A DNA stretch of 64,000 bases from Psammoneis japonica (lineage: Eukaryota): the NCBI GenBank assembly GCA_008632985.1, contig QPGO01000028.1:429598-493597 (forward strand). Direction: 5' to 3'. Both the position numbers and the translations under genes were made by a program. The notes beneath the pieces are model-generated. The model saw only the letters and a list, made by a program, of their open reading frames with translations, was not told the origin of the DNA and searched no databases. This document shows, piece by piece, positions 1-12,920 of the stretch (position 1 is its first letter; each line of letters starts with the position of its first letter).

Positions 1-28
1 AGCTGCGGGGTGGAAGCGCAGCAGCACT

Positions 29-2230
29 TTAAAGACAGAATTTTGGTTTTGTTTTGCATCGTGGCGTGGTGCGAAAGGAGCGCAACTTGGCTTGGTTGGC
101 CATGCGGAACAGCTTCTTCTGATGAAGTGCCATCTTGCAAAAACATCTCCATCCTTCGGTTTCTAGAAGGCCGTGCTCACATGCGCAGATGGCGCAGGTG
201 ACGGGATCATCCTTGGCAATGATGGCAAGGGGTTTGGACGTGATCTCCCCATTCTCCCATTCAAGCATGACATTGTAGCTTGAGCCTTTCCAAGAGGGAT
301 CATGGGGTCGCAATGGTCCTTCATGAGATGCGATGCATCGGAACTTCCTGAGAGTTGAGTCCTCGTCTTCTTGCTCAATGTGGTGCATGATGTCATTGCA
401 GGCCAGGACTTCCTCGTGTTCATCATTGTTGACGGAGCAAATGAACTTGACCAGTTCAGGATTGCCTCCGATTTTCCAGTCGTGGTCCTCAACGGCTTTG
501 ACGATGCGGGCTCTGTGGCATTGTCCATCCTCTTGTGGCTTCATGAGGAAGGTGCGTCCCACGACATCCTCAGGGTCAAAGACCAGCATTTTGGGCATCC
601 TGATCGCCTCCCCATCTGGCGAATCTGGCGAATTCTTGGAGTTGTGGTGGGATTTAATGACAGGGTCAGCAGATTCCTCATCAGGAGGATCAAGACGCAG
701 GTTTGGAGCAGACGGATCACGGGTGGAGTGCACATTGGAATGGCAGAGAATCTTCTGAGTGTCATCAGAAAGAATCTTAAATGTCATTTGGTGACCAATG
801 TGTTCGGCGATGCCAATGAAGCGACCACATAATTCACGGGATTCGGACGGCCAGTCAGAATCATCCAGGTGGCAGTGCACGGGTTCCCACCATTGAAAGT
901 GGAGGAGCGGGCTGATGTCGGGAGCAGAGCCGGACAGCACCTCGGTGGGGGTGCGCCAGTGGAGCTTGGCGGACGCCGTGTGGTTGAGCACAAAACACAC
1001 GCACATCAGGGCAAGCAGCCAGGTGCAAGCCGGGGACCCGAAGCAATCCATGATGGTGTTGGCCGTGGTCTTCACAGGTTGGTGGTGGCGTTCAGCAAAA
1101 TTCTGGTGCTGGTGATGGGGCTCGCTTTGCCAACTAGAGATGAAGAGGGTGCAAAGGATGCCAAGAACCTTGTTGCTGATCTCAACCTGAGCATGGTCGC
1201 TGATGAGCTTGGACGGGGCACCACGGTCACGAATGTTGTCTTCGAGGGTGTTGACAAATTCTTTGTCAGTTTTGGTGCCACACACGTCAGCGACGAGAGA
1301 TTCCGTGCCAACAAAGAGCTGGGCGCTGGTGCAGCCAGAGTCAATGGCAGGGGTGTTGGAGCAGACCGTCTTGGTGGCAACGGGTTCATTACGTCAGTGG
1401 ACATTGAGAGCTGGGTTGGGCGATTTGTGCGGCCTTTTTCAGGTGCGTGCTGGCTGGCATGCGGGCGCACTGCGTCGTGCAATCGAAAGTGCGGCGGACA
1501 GTGTCCTTTGGGAGAAAGCCAAAGCAGGGGCAGAGGGACTCAAAGTCGGGATCCTTGGGATTGAGTTCGCGCTCATGGCATTCATAGAAGAAATCAGACG
1601 TCGGGAGCAGATGATCATCAAGGACGGAGTCGGCAAGCATGGCATTGTTGACGACATGGCGGTGACGACAGTTGCCGAACTCATCGAAGAGGTTGGCAGT
1701 CGGGTCATCTTGGAGGTCAGACACGGCATCATGCCACGTCTCATCTTCCGTGAACTGGTGGTCAAGGACAGATGGATCCCATGTGTCATCACCAGTGAGA
1801 ATGACATGCGGCAGAGTGTCCCATTCGGCGTCGGTGTGTGGGCGCATGGCGATGTGCGGGAGGCCGGCTTTAATGTCAATGGGAATGATGCATCCATCAA
1901 TGGTGGTGATGTGCTGCAGACCATTGGGGACCTTGATGGACCGATCATTGACATCGTGTTTGCACCACTCGAGTTGGCCGCAAGAGTGTGTCGTCTTCCC
2001 CTTTCCAGTGCAGGTGCACTGGTGAAGGATGGCAATGGCAGGGCCACGTTGCGTGTGGATGACACCACCGGCAGTGACAATGGGGATGTCAACTGGTTGA
2101 TGATCGTCGATGCCTTGGACGTCAACCTGGCAACCAGTGCGGGCAATGACATGAACATCATCACCGGCGATGCCACCATTTGCACCACGATCCACGAGAG
2201 CGCCTTTGCGAGTTGACTTGTGGGTCGAGG
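29..2230 (-). pseudogene. CoDi pol fragment: aspartic protease, integrase and chromo-like C-terminal module
   Basis: LVDRGANGG protease motif, integrase core, then WWEPV..., FICSVNND and YNVMLEWENGEITSKPL. Multiple Y->C/H and R->C/H substitutions and frameshifts. Confidence 0.85.
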
Positions 2231-3875
2231 CGAGCAGATGACATTGTGGTTGTTGATGTGACGGCATTTGTGGCCGTTGATCTCAATGTCAGTGTCATGG
2301 GGCTTTGCGTCGGAGCGGACGGAAGGTGCAGAGCCGGGTGGGTTTTTGCCAGAACGGGTGGAAGGAGGCTGTTCAGGTGCCAGGAGACGTTGCAAGTCAC
2401 CGGGTGGCAGAGGCTTGCGCCTGGTGAGATGAGCCAGAATGGGGTTAGCATCGGCTGCATCGGCTGCAGCGTCAGATTGTGCTGAGGCTGATGCAAGATC
2501 ATGAGTGTTGGCGGACAAGTTGACATCGCCATCACTGCCAATGCGGAGGTCATGCAGGTTGACCGCCATCGAGTCATGGCAGTTGCCCGTGTGGGCAGTG
2601 CGCGAGCCAAAAATGATGGCCTCAGTGGACTGGGGCAAGGTGTCCCAAATGCGCTGGTGGTCCGGCGGAATGCGACACCATTGTTCCCTGGTGAGGGAGT
2701 TGCTGCGGGTCTGTGCAGCATGAGCTTGCATGACATCAACATCACTGTCGATGTTGAAGAATGCATCATCATCAGGGTCGTCAGGGACCAGGTCATGCTC
2801 GTAGATGGCACGGCGCGGAGCGCGAGGAGCCGTCTTGGGGGCGAACGTGCTGTTGCACTGTGCTGCAGCAGAAAGCAGGAGTCCACAGTGCTGTTCGTAA
2901 GAGAGTCCCTTTCCATTCTGCGTGCGAGAACTGATTGGCCTGATTCTTCCCCGAACGGAGTTCCTCGATGGGGTGTGCGGCGTTCTCAAGCATGACACGT
3001 TTCTGCCCAGCAGAAAAATGGTCCGCACCCGGGACAAGAGCTTCACACTTGCGGAGCTGGTCCTGCCAGTGGAGCATGAAGGCATGAGTGGAACCTTTCC
3101 AGGTGCCATCACCAAAGCAAGCAGTGGCGAGGTACATGAGAAGGGTCGAGGACTCCAGGGATGCGCAAGTGGAAGCAAGGGCACACTTGGAAAGGTCATG
3201 ACACACCACTTGAGCATCAGAGGAGCTGACATGTTGATGAACAAGAACCTTGCCTTTGTCATTCTGCAAGATCCGTTCGAATGCGGTGAACATGTGCTTC
3301 TGTTGTTCAGCAAACAGGGCCTTGTCCTCAGCTGCAGAGGGCTTGTACGTCGGGTCAAGAATGCGTGCGACATCTTGGGAGTGGGCCTGTGCGATGATGG
3401 AGGTGTGCCACGTGTGCCACTGTTTGTCACACTTGAGAAGCGCGAATGCAAGTGGGTCACGTTTGATGCCTCGTTTAAAGTCACGCATGGGATCATGTGG
3501 AGTGGGAGCAGATGGTGCTGCACCCATGGAGAGGGATGCCACACACTCAGGACTAAGACGACAGTTGGTGAACTCCTCTTGTGTGAACAATTGAGGGTCA
3601 TTGCTGACATCCGCGCTGCCACGTGCTTTTGCCGCATGCAGGCTAATCAACACAGCCATCTGTGCTTTGTGACCATGTGGCAAAGGCATTTGATTGGTTC
3701 CGTCGTTGCACACAAGGGCATCCAATTGCATCGGAGTAAAAGTGAAAAGGTCCTGATGCGAATCGGTTCCATCAATGTTGAGAGCGGAGCGCAATGGACT
3801 GTCGGCAGCTTGATTCAGAACAGTGCCTAGGATGTGCTCGAGGCCATTGATTTGTTGTTGCCTGGTGAGAACCAT
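2230..3875 (-). pseudogene. CoDi gag (frameshifted)
   Basis: MVLTRQQQINGLEHILG...FKRGIKRDPLAFALLK...WHTSIIAQAHSQDVARILDP, continuing after a frameshift near 2910 as LSYEQHCGLLLSAAAQ. Confidence 0.75.
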
Positions 3876-4019
3876 GTTGCAACTGGGTGGATGTCGGAAC
3901 CAACTGGAGTCGGAGGGTGAGCTTGAAATAACTTGAAACTTGACTTGAATCTTGACTTGATGACTTGGACTGTCTTGAGAGTCAGAAGCCGCCGGGCTGC
4001 GATGTCCCATTCGCAGTTA

Positions 4020-4911
4020 AGTGCTGAGCTTCCCATCCGGTCCGTAGAGTTGTGCTGGCACGTCCAAACCCGCAGCTGGTGACACTTTGGGTTGCTTGAG
4101 AGCGGAGTGACGGGTTAAAAACCCCTGCTGACAAGCTGGCTGGAGGTGGACAAGACCTCCGAACCGTTCTTATTTTATGTCGGTTGGATGACCCGATCAG
4201 GCCGGCCAAATTTGGTGCTGTGGAGGGACGAACAAACGTGGGAAATGCACCCTCGCCCCAACGCAGGCTGTGGTCACGAATTGCTTCCTCTCACAGTTGT
4301 CCTCATGGACCCTGTGGGACTGTGGAAGACCAGCAATCCGGCGCAGATGCGAGGCGGCAGACTTGGCGTGCGCAGAGCAGAGTCCCCGCCAGAGTCGGGG
4401 ATTTACATCGTGTGCGCGTGAATTCGTGCAGATGCATTGGCAGGATCCGCTGCAAGGAATCCGGAATCTCGGATGTCTGAGAATTCAGGAATTCCTGGCC
4501 AAACAAATGTCCGTTGAACAAACACATCCAACAATGGGAGGCATCGGATAAATCCAAATGTGTGGATTTAATCCAGTGTTCAGCAGTGAAGAAGGTAGAC
4601 ATGTGCTTCCGCCGCCAACGGTGCGCGTTGTCGAAAATTTCTCGATGACGATGATGAACGCTCAATGGATGACAAAGAGCAAGACTGTCAATCTGACAGA
4701 AAATGAAGATGACTGGGTGGAAGAAAACAACAACTCCTTGCTGCTGTCTAAATGGCAGATGAGTCTCCATGCAGAGACCGATGCAGGAGCCGAAAGACTG
4801 GTGTCGTGATGTCGGTGCTGCTGTTGTCATTCTTGTGAGCTCTGTGGCTCGAAAGCAAACTACATCGCGCGACGTGCGCGGAACTGAGAGCACACACAAT
4901 CATGTGTGACA
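4020..4911 (-). repeat. Probable 5' LTR of the CoDi element (inner boundary approximate)
   Basis: Non-coding segment upstream of gag that starts TG on the minus strand at 4911. The partner LTR is outside the window, so the inner end is not confirmed. Confidence 0.5.
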
Positions 4912-7900
4912 AACTAAAATCTTGTTCAAATCCTGTCAGCTCCGGTCGCCCACCTGATTTCCTCTTGGATTGGACTGGGTCTGGACGGCCTCCCGATGGT
5001 GCGCTCTGGTGTCATCCCGGCAGACCTCCTGGTTTGCTGTCCTGCTCATGCTCAGAGCAATCTCCCAGTCTGTCAATTGTTGGCAATTCAATGGATTGGT
5101 TTAACGAGTGGACAATTGCATGGTGTCGGGTGCAGCAACGGATGTGTTGTTTCCATTTTGCTGTCTGTCTGTCTGGCAGTCATGACTCTCACCACTTCTC
5201 TTTTGCACTGGCAGATCTTCAATCCTGTTTTTACCAGGCTTTTGATTCTCCCAGTGTGGGGGGGTGTCAGTGGAGAGGGTCATTCCTGCACAGATGGTGG
5301 GTCACTCTCAAATTCACCCTTCCCACGGAAAAACAGGGCAAAAGGTGGCAATCCTGGGGAATTTTGAGAAATTGCACAGCAAAACCAAACTAAGATCTGG
5401 AGGCAGGCCACCACGAACACCATCAGAATTGTGAGCACATTCAAATGTTTCTTGAAAACTGGTGGTCAACTCCACCGCAGCAGCAGCAGCAAGAAAGCAA
5501 ATGGCAAAAATCCAAACGATGTCCCAACTGGCAAAGGTTCCGGGAAAGATTGTGATCCACACCGCACCTTGACTGAGCTCAGCCTTGTGCTGACAGATTT
5601 GGTTCATTCCCACATCTCAGACTTTCCCACCTGCATGTGTTCCTTGAAACCAACTGATCCACCATGAAATCCCTTGTTGTGACCCACAAAGACATCCTCC
5701 AAGAGATTGACACCTTTTGAGGTCTTGCTGATGCCACCATGAGAAATGAAAAAAGATTGTCAGACAGATTGGGGTGTCCATGGTGCAAGTGGGTGCAGAG
5801 AGGTCTTGTCAAAACCTTTTGTCCCAGCATGACAAAAGAAAAATCTGACAATGCCACAAAGTTTGACAGAGAACTCAAAATCCCCATGTGTGTGCTCCAC
5901 AAACACCATGGCTTGTGTCATCAACATGTTCAACAAAGTAAAACATCAGGCAATTTTGTGGGGAAGAATCTGCTTGTGGACCAAGAAACAAGCAGAACAA
6001 GTGCCGGACCACCAACGTCTGTTGGAAACACAACAAACACATGCCACGATGTCCAGAGCTCATCTCAAACACTCCAGAGATGCCCCACACATCAACCCCT
6101 TTTATCCACATTTATTGTGGAATGATTGAGGCACAGGTCAAGAGGGATGAGAGGAGGGAAACAACAACAAACTTGACGAAACACACCAGAATGATGACAA
6201 TGGCAGCAGACTCACACACCAAAGGAAACAAAATTGATGTTCTTTTGTGGAACGGCACTTGTCAAAATTGCACCAACATGTGACGGCACTGCAGACAAAT
6301 GCCAACAACATCCCAAGTGACTCGCCTTGTGAAAAATGGTGACAAGAATGGCAGACGCGATGCGCAGATTTGCCACAGTGGCTGCACAAATTCTGTGTGG
6401 AATTTTTTGTTTTTGCACCAGGGACCAAAAAAATCACACCGTGTGATTTTTTTAAGCTTTGCCAGTTAGCCTGGCACAGCGATGTGCTGCAATCCATGGG
6501 AGGTCTTCTCTTTCCCTCTTCTGTGCCACTTACAGACCTCTCAGTTGGGAGTGGGATGGACTCCCCCAGTCACCTCATCATTTGGGCTTGGCATGCGCAA
6601 AACCCGGGCGCCACACACGGATTTCTTTTTGCAGCTGCTTGTGCCAAACACTCTTTCGATGTGACATGACACCACGCTGTTGTTCCATGTCAAGTTCTGA
6701 AGAGGTCACAATGAGAAACCAATGGCAAAGTTTTTGGTCTGCAAGAGATGCAGCTGCTGTCACAAGCACCCCAGTGTGGCACCTGGGTTTTTCATTTCAG
6801 AGCATTTCAAAGTGTGTGTTTTTGACTTCTTGTTGTCACAGCAAGAGCATGCAGATGAGGACCAAAATGATGCAAAGAATCATGCTTTGACATCATTGTC
6901 AATTCCACGGGGGTGCTTGTGTCATTTGTCAACAGCCATGTGTTCCGCATGAAAAAGCAATTTCTTGGTCGAATGCACAATTTCCTTGTTCAAAAAAAAA
7001 GCACCAAGACTGAACACCAAACAATTCTGAGAGAACATGGACAGATGGTGTGTTCCGGTGCCCTCTGCTGTGTTTTGTGCAAAAGTCTGCAAATGACATT
7101 TTGTGTGTGTGTGTGTGGGAACATGCCATGTCTGCCAGAGCACCACAACACACTGTCTCCATGTCACCCTGGTGCATCATCTGTGTCTCCATTCTCTGAG
7201 AGTCTGTGAGGTGACCCATGGGTGTGTGAAGCGTGCGTGCATTGGTCCACACATGGACTCACAATGGAAAATGCCAGTGGCTGACCCATCTTGAAGGCCG
7301 GAGGCATCAGAGATGGCTGGCTGGCACCGAGATGATGTGGTGGTGCATGGCACACACAGTCAATGGTCGTGTCAACAAGTCAGTGTGTGTTGCACTTTTG
7401 CCAGGTGGTTGGCTGGTTGGATGACATGGTCCAGGTCCAGTGGGACCTCGCACTGCAGAACTGTGACATTGACAGTTTTTTGAATCATGTCTCATGTTGA
7501 GCGCACACATTTCTGCATGATTTTGGCAAAAATTTTGTGGTGCAATTGTCAGGGTCAATCCACATTCAACAAATTGTAACATTTTTTTCTCCTGCACCAT
7601 TCTCAAATGTCTTGAGAATGGCGCAGGGCAGGCAGATCACCCAAAACTTTGAGCACAAACAGAGGGGTGCTGCATGTGCCACAAACTTGGTTGTTTGTTT
7701 AACATCAAAGACAAGTGTGTTCATTGTTGACCAGATCACAAGCTGCAGAGCTTGCATGCAGAATTCTGTGGGGCAAATGTCACAAAAAGTCCCACCTCAG
7801 GCTGGAACATGTCAGCTGCAGCAAAATCACCTGATTTTGGCAAATTAAGAATGCACACATTGTCCAGGTTCCTTTGAGAAGTTTTGACTGCCATGCGCAT

Positions 7901-10900
7901 CAAGTGTCATTGCCAAACATGTCAAAAGCTGGGCGTTTTCATGCCACATGATGTTGCAACTTGAACTTGCAGCACAAAACCAAACAAAAAACAACAACAA
8001 AACCACATCTCCCACCACAGGGCTTGTTCTTTGTTCACATGTTGATGGCCACATTGTCTGTCAAGGTGAGAGCATCATCACACAGCAATCAGACAGTGAT
8101 TGATTTGATGGTGCTGTGTCAAATGTGTTGTTGATTCTTGCTGTCACGCTGCATTTAGACATGCCAACAAGCAGAGTGCTTGCTGATTTTTCTGTTGTTC
8201 TTGTGACCACAGCACACACAAGTTCACAAGCACTGAGTTTATTTCCAATTTAGATGGCCCAATGTGCATCTAGTGAATGTGTCCACATGATTGCTGTCAT
8301 TGTCTTTTTCTCATGACAGGCACAGAAAATGACATTTTGGTTTCCAAGTGAGGCAACAGTTTTGTTGACAACACACCATCTGCAACTTTCAGCAAGGACA
8401 GATGACATGTCCCATTTAACACATGTTGGAGATGGCAACAACATTGCATCTGTCACATTAAACTGGTCTGTCACATCATTGCTCATTGCTCATCACTTCA
8501 GAAGCCTTGTGCGCTTGTTGCTTTTTCAACCAACACCAAAGCTGAATTTTTTGTTCCTCTGTTGATTGCATGGCATGGCAAATGCAGTGCACTTTGTGCT
8601 TCATCATGGGACAATGCAGGAAACCAAACTGTGAAATGGACAGGAGCTCCAAACCATTGGCAACCAGATCTGTGATCAGCTCATCAAGCTCATTCCAAAT
8701 CCATGCTCAAATGGTTCAGAGCAGCTGTCCTTCCTTGCATCTGTGCATCATCCAAAATGGAGCTAAATTTGCCACCTGTGGACACTCTAGTGACGAGCCA
8801 ACCATCATGCCCAAAATGCAAAAAGATTTCTTTTTGTCACTGTGGGCTTGCAGCAAATCCAGGGGGGACATTCAACTTGGCACCCTGCATGCTGAAGCAC
8901 CAAGAAAATTTTGTGTTAAAAACAATGGGAGAGAAACATTTGGGAGCACAGCTTTTCTGGGTTTTTGAGTTTTCTCTGCTGGTGGGTTCTTGACATTGAT
9001 TTTGAACATCAGTTTGAATGTTTTGTCATGTGGCAAAGCACAGCAATTGTGTGGTGCAGCAGCTGATGTTTGCAGCACTGCAGCTGAGGCCTGGGTGTGC
9101 CAACCTTGCAACAACACCCAAAATTTGTCGTGGTTCAAAAGACTGCTGTCGCATCACATGAACAAAGATGAGCCAAAGAACAAGCCATTGAAGAGCAGGT
9201 TTTAAATTTGCCCAACACCTGCAGCCAAGAATGAGGGTGGTGGGGCAAAATTGCAGAAGAAGCCTGAGGAAAGCATGCCCAGAATGACAAAAATGACAAC
9301 AATCAGGAAAACATGGCAGACAAGGCACAGAGGTCATTGCAGAAAAGCCAATTTTGGCACTGGAATGTCAAGTGCAGTTGTGCATGTGACATTTTTTGTG
9401 CATGGCACATTGCGTTTCTGCAATGCACAGTCGACTGCCACAGAGCTGTGAACAAAAATGGGTGGAGACAACCCTCCTGGAACATGCTGTGATCACACAG
9501 AAACATGACACATCATGGACAGAAGCTTGACATCAATGTGCAGCAGGTCTGTAAATGTTCACAAAGCACAAATGTCACAACATCACAGAGGTCCAAGTGG
9601 AGTGAGGAAAGCTGTTGCCAAGAGTTCTGTTCACTTTCTTGCACACTTTTGACAGCAGCAGGCAAGCAGATGCTCAGCACACCCCCAGAGGGGGTGATCG
9701 CATGCTGCGTGCATGCTGGCTGAGGACTGCCATTGCAGCCTCTTCCTGGTGCAATGCCCTCATCACTTCAAGTGCTTTTCACATCAGACATCTCATTGAC
9801 AAACTTGTGAAACTTGGTTTTGTGTCAGCATGCACCAAAAGTTTCATTGTTTGCAATGGTCACTTTGCAAGTTTCTTCCCTGCTCACCTCGCCTTGGTTG
9901 ATTGCACAAAGGGCTGTCATGCAGTGGGAGCACTCAAGCCTTTCAAAAGTTTTGTGCAACCAATTGGGCGCACCTGCCAAAACATTTTGTGCTCCATCAA
10001 TTTTCTGAGCTCTTGGTTGGTTGGCTTTGATCCTCCAGGAAAATGGTCTGTGAGGCGTGCTGCAAAAGAACCTTGATTTCTCTCCCTGGAAGGTCAGCTG
10101 CTTCACATCATTCAGGTGCTGGCCTTGCCTGGTGCCTTCATCTTTTTTGTTGAGTGCTGCCAGAGCATGTCTGCTCACATCCAGGGCATCTAACTTGGTG
10201 CACCACACACATTTTCTGCCCTCGTCACTGCAGGCACAGCTGCAATCAACCCCAGAGGCAAGTCTCAAACAGAGTCTGATGCCAGCCAAACAAAGCAGAC
10301 ATTTTGCTGACTCATCTTAAGACATTCACCAGCTCATCTTAAAAAATTGCCCGTCTTCCATGTCATGAAAGTCAGTTTCTCCATTCACCAACACAACGAA
10401 TTGAAAATGCATGCAGAAGAAAAAAAATCCAATGTTTTTCACCTTGCACCACCTCAAGTTGACTTGCAATTTTCTTGAGATGGTTTGGCGAATGTCTTGA
10501 GGATGGATCTGTGTGCTGCAGTCTAATTTAAAAAAGGCTCGCATTTTGCACACTTCACTGTGTCATTTTGAACTCTGCCTCAGAGCACCCCAAACACTCA
10601 TGTGTTCATCAAGCCTTGTCAGGGCCATTGGACCACCACAAGAGCTGCACATTTGATGCTTCAAATGCCACTTGTTGCCTCATGCCAGAGGGGTCAGGCA
10701 GATGAAATTGCCAACATTGGCCTTCTCATGGGAAATGAGCCACAACTTTCTGGGGTCATCCAATGAGTGGTGTTTGACTGGCTGTTTGCATGTCTGCTTT
10801 CACTGAGCTAAAAGATTTGCATGGTCACAATCATCATTGGTGCATTCTTTTGCATCTTGCAAAAGGACAAAGTGCAAAACATCGCTGAAATTTAATTTTG

Positions 10901-12920
10901 GCAAATGCACGCATTCAGAGCGATTCACCCTTTCTTTTTTTCAAAAAATGCAAGCTCTAAAACAAAAAGACAGCAGCACGCAGATCCATCCCAAACTGAT
11001 TTAAAACCTTGTGTCCAGGAGTGTCCAAAATGTGTCCACATCCGGGTTTTTGGATGTGGAATTTGCACTGGGAACTGTGCAGGAGAACGATTTTCGTGTT
11101 GGCTTTGACTGGACTCAAGGTTAAAATGGCTTGCATTTTGCACAACTCACCATGCCATTTTGGCCTGCTTCAGAGCACTCCCAAACACTTGCACGCTCAT
11201 CAAGCCCTTGTCAGGTGCTGTGGCTGTCAGAAGGCTGCTGCAAGAGCTGCATGTTTGATGCTTCAAATGCCACTTGTTCACCTTCCAGCAGAGTTGTCAG
11301 ACAGATGAAACTGCCAGTTTTTTCTGAAGTCAGCCTTCTCATGGGGAGCGAGCCACAACTTTCTGGGGGGGTCATCCCATGAGTGGCATTTGGATGGCCA
11401 TTTCCATGGCTGCATTTGCCAAGCAAAACATGCACATGTTTGCAATTGTTGTTGGTGCATTCTGTGATGTCTTGCAAATGGACAAAGTTTGGCCCATTGC
11501 TGAAATTTTGTTTTGGCAAACATGGTGTGCATTTGGTTGGTGTGCGACCCACCCATTTTCATTTTTAAATTCCAAGCTCCCAAAAACAGACTGCACAGCA
11601 CATGGCTGGATCCACCCTCAAGACAAATCAGTGAAACCACAAAAGTCTTTGTTGCACATGGACATTCAGAATTGTGCACACATTGTCACTCATTGACACA
11701 TTCAGTTGCATGCAGGATGTCTGTCCTGTCACATGAACGCATGGTCATTGTCAGCTGACCCTGCACAAGGTCAGATTGTGTGCAGATGACAGTCAGATGC
11801 TTTTTGGACAGACGAGATGATCTCACTGAAATCTTCAACTCACTCTTTCTTGCTGGCACACCTGTTGTCTGCTGTCACCAGTTCGCAGGGAGCTCTTCAG
11901 CTCATTGCTCTTGCCGTTGGCATTCTGACAGGTTGCAGCCTCACCAGGTCATCATTCTACAGCACTGCAATTTCCACTGTGGTTCACTTGGTTTGTGAGC
12001 CAACAAGCCTGCTGCCATTTTTGTGATCCTGGAAGTGCCTTTTTTCATCAGCGCACTGGCCCCACAGGCCAGCGCCAGGTTTCCACATGTGCATGGTCAA
12101 AAACTTTGTGCACCTCATCAACCATGGCAAGTCCAAGAGCCAAGAAGCCCATTTGTGACACCATCAAGGAAATTTCTGTTGTCTTCACACAACATGCCTT
12201 TAAAACCATGAGGTCACAAAGCACTTCAACAGTCTTTGCGGTGGCATCATCATCAACCTGGATCATTTTTCTGAAGGTTTCATTGTCCCACTCCAGGATT
12301 GTGCTCTTCAAGAGCTCATTCTCCCATGGAGACCCTCAACCCTGCTGTCACACTGCTGGTTGTATCACTCTTCGAGAAAGCAACCCTCAAGGTTGCCAGT
12401 CTTTCATCTTCTAACCAAGCATCTCATTTGTCCTCACAGATGATGGACCACAAGATTGAAGAAGCTTTTCAGGCTTGTCACAGAAAGGTGGTCATCACTG
12501 TTGGCATCTCCTGTCTCTGCTTCTTCCCTGCTGTTGTGCAACATGCCCTCAGGGACTGGAACGAGCTTTCACATGCCACATGCCCTCCAGTTTGCGCTCC
12601 CAAGACTCCAGCAACATTTTGTCCCCACTGCTTCAGGTTCTCTGAACAACTCCAGCCAGTTTGATGGACACACTGAACAACAACTGTGCGGCAGCAAAAA
12701 CACCTGCATCTGAAGCTCCTGGTGGACATGAGACCCCCATCATGATGCTGTCATCAAAATTCTCATTCAATCCAGATGCTCTGCCCAAGGATGTCCACGA
12801 GTGTCACAACCACAAGGCCTCAGACAATCACTGCATGTTCCTGTGCGGTGCACGATTGGGAGTCACACATCATCATGCACTCACATCTCGACCAGAAAAG
12901 CACACGAACCCTCCTTCGAA
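4912..12920. other. Heavily decayed, TpA/CpG-depleted repeat block with unidentifiable TE remnants
   Basis: TA is nearly absent and CG is low, TG/CA is abundant, and spurious Cys/His-rich ORFs occur in all six frames. Confidence 0.7.
10531..11524 (+). repeat. Diverged direct repeat, about 380-400 bp units at ~10531-10908 and ~11121-11524
   Basis: Collinear shared blocks: GCATTTTGCAC, CAAGAGCTGCA, TTTGATGCTTCAAATGCCACTTGTT, CAGATGAAA, GCCTTCTCATGGG, GAGCCACAACTTTCTGGGG, GCTGAAATTT..TTTTGGCAAA. Confidence 0.85.

Larger units (their letters stand above)
1..4911 (-). mobile_element. Ty1/copia (CoDi I-like) LTR retrotransposon, 5' part (LTR, gag, protease, integrase); decayed, runs off the window start
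   Basis: Minus-strand frameshifted ORFs contain gag-like DPMRDFKRGIKRD, protease ALVDRGANGGIAGDD and integrase TLEDNIRDRGAPSKLISD..SEPHHQHQNFAER. The element terminates in TGTCAC (minus strand) at 4911. Confidence 0.9.

Noticed and set aside
869..3830. Long plus-strand ORFs (869-1564, 1203-2216, 2922-3830), and similarly 50318-51109 and 54869-55840
   Set aside because: Antisense shadows of gag/pol, kept open by codon bias and TA loss.
4912..12900. Dozens of 60-160 aa Cys/His-rich ORFs on both strands (also at 32.8-34.4k, 43.3-44.5k, 48-50k and 57.5-64k)
   Set aside because: Artefacts of TA depletion, which removes TAA/TAG stops and Tyr codons. They are not metallothionein-like or Zn-finger genes.
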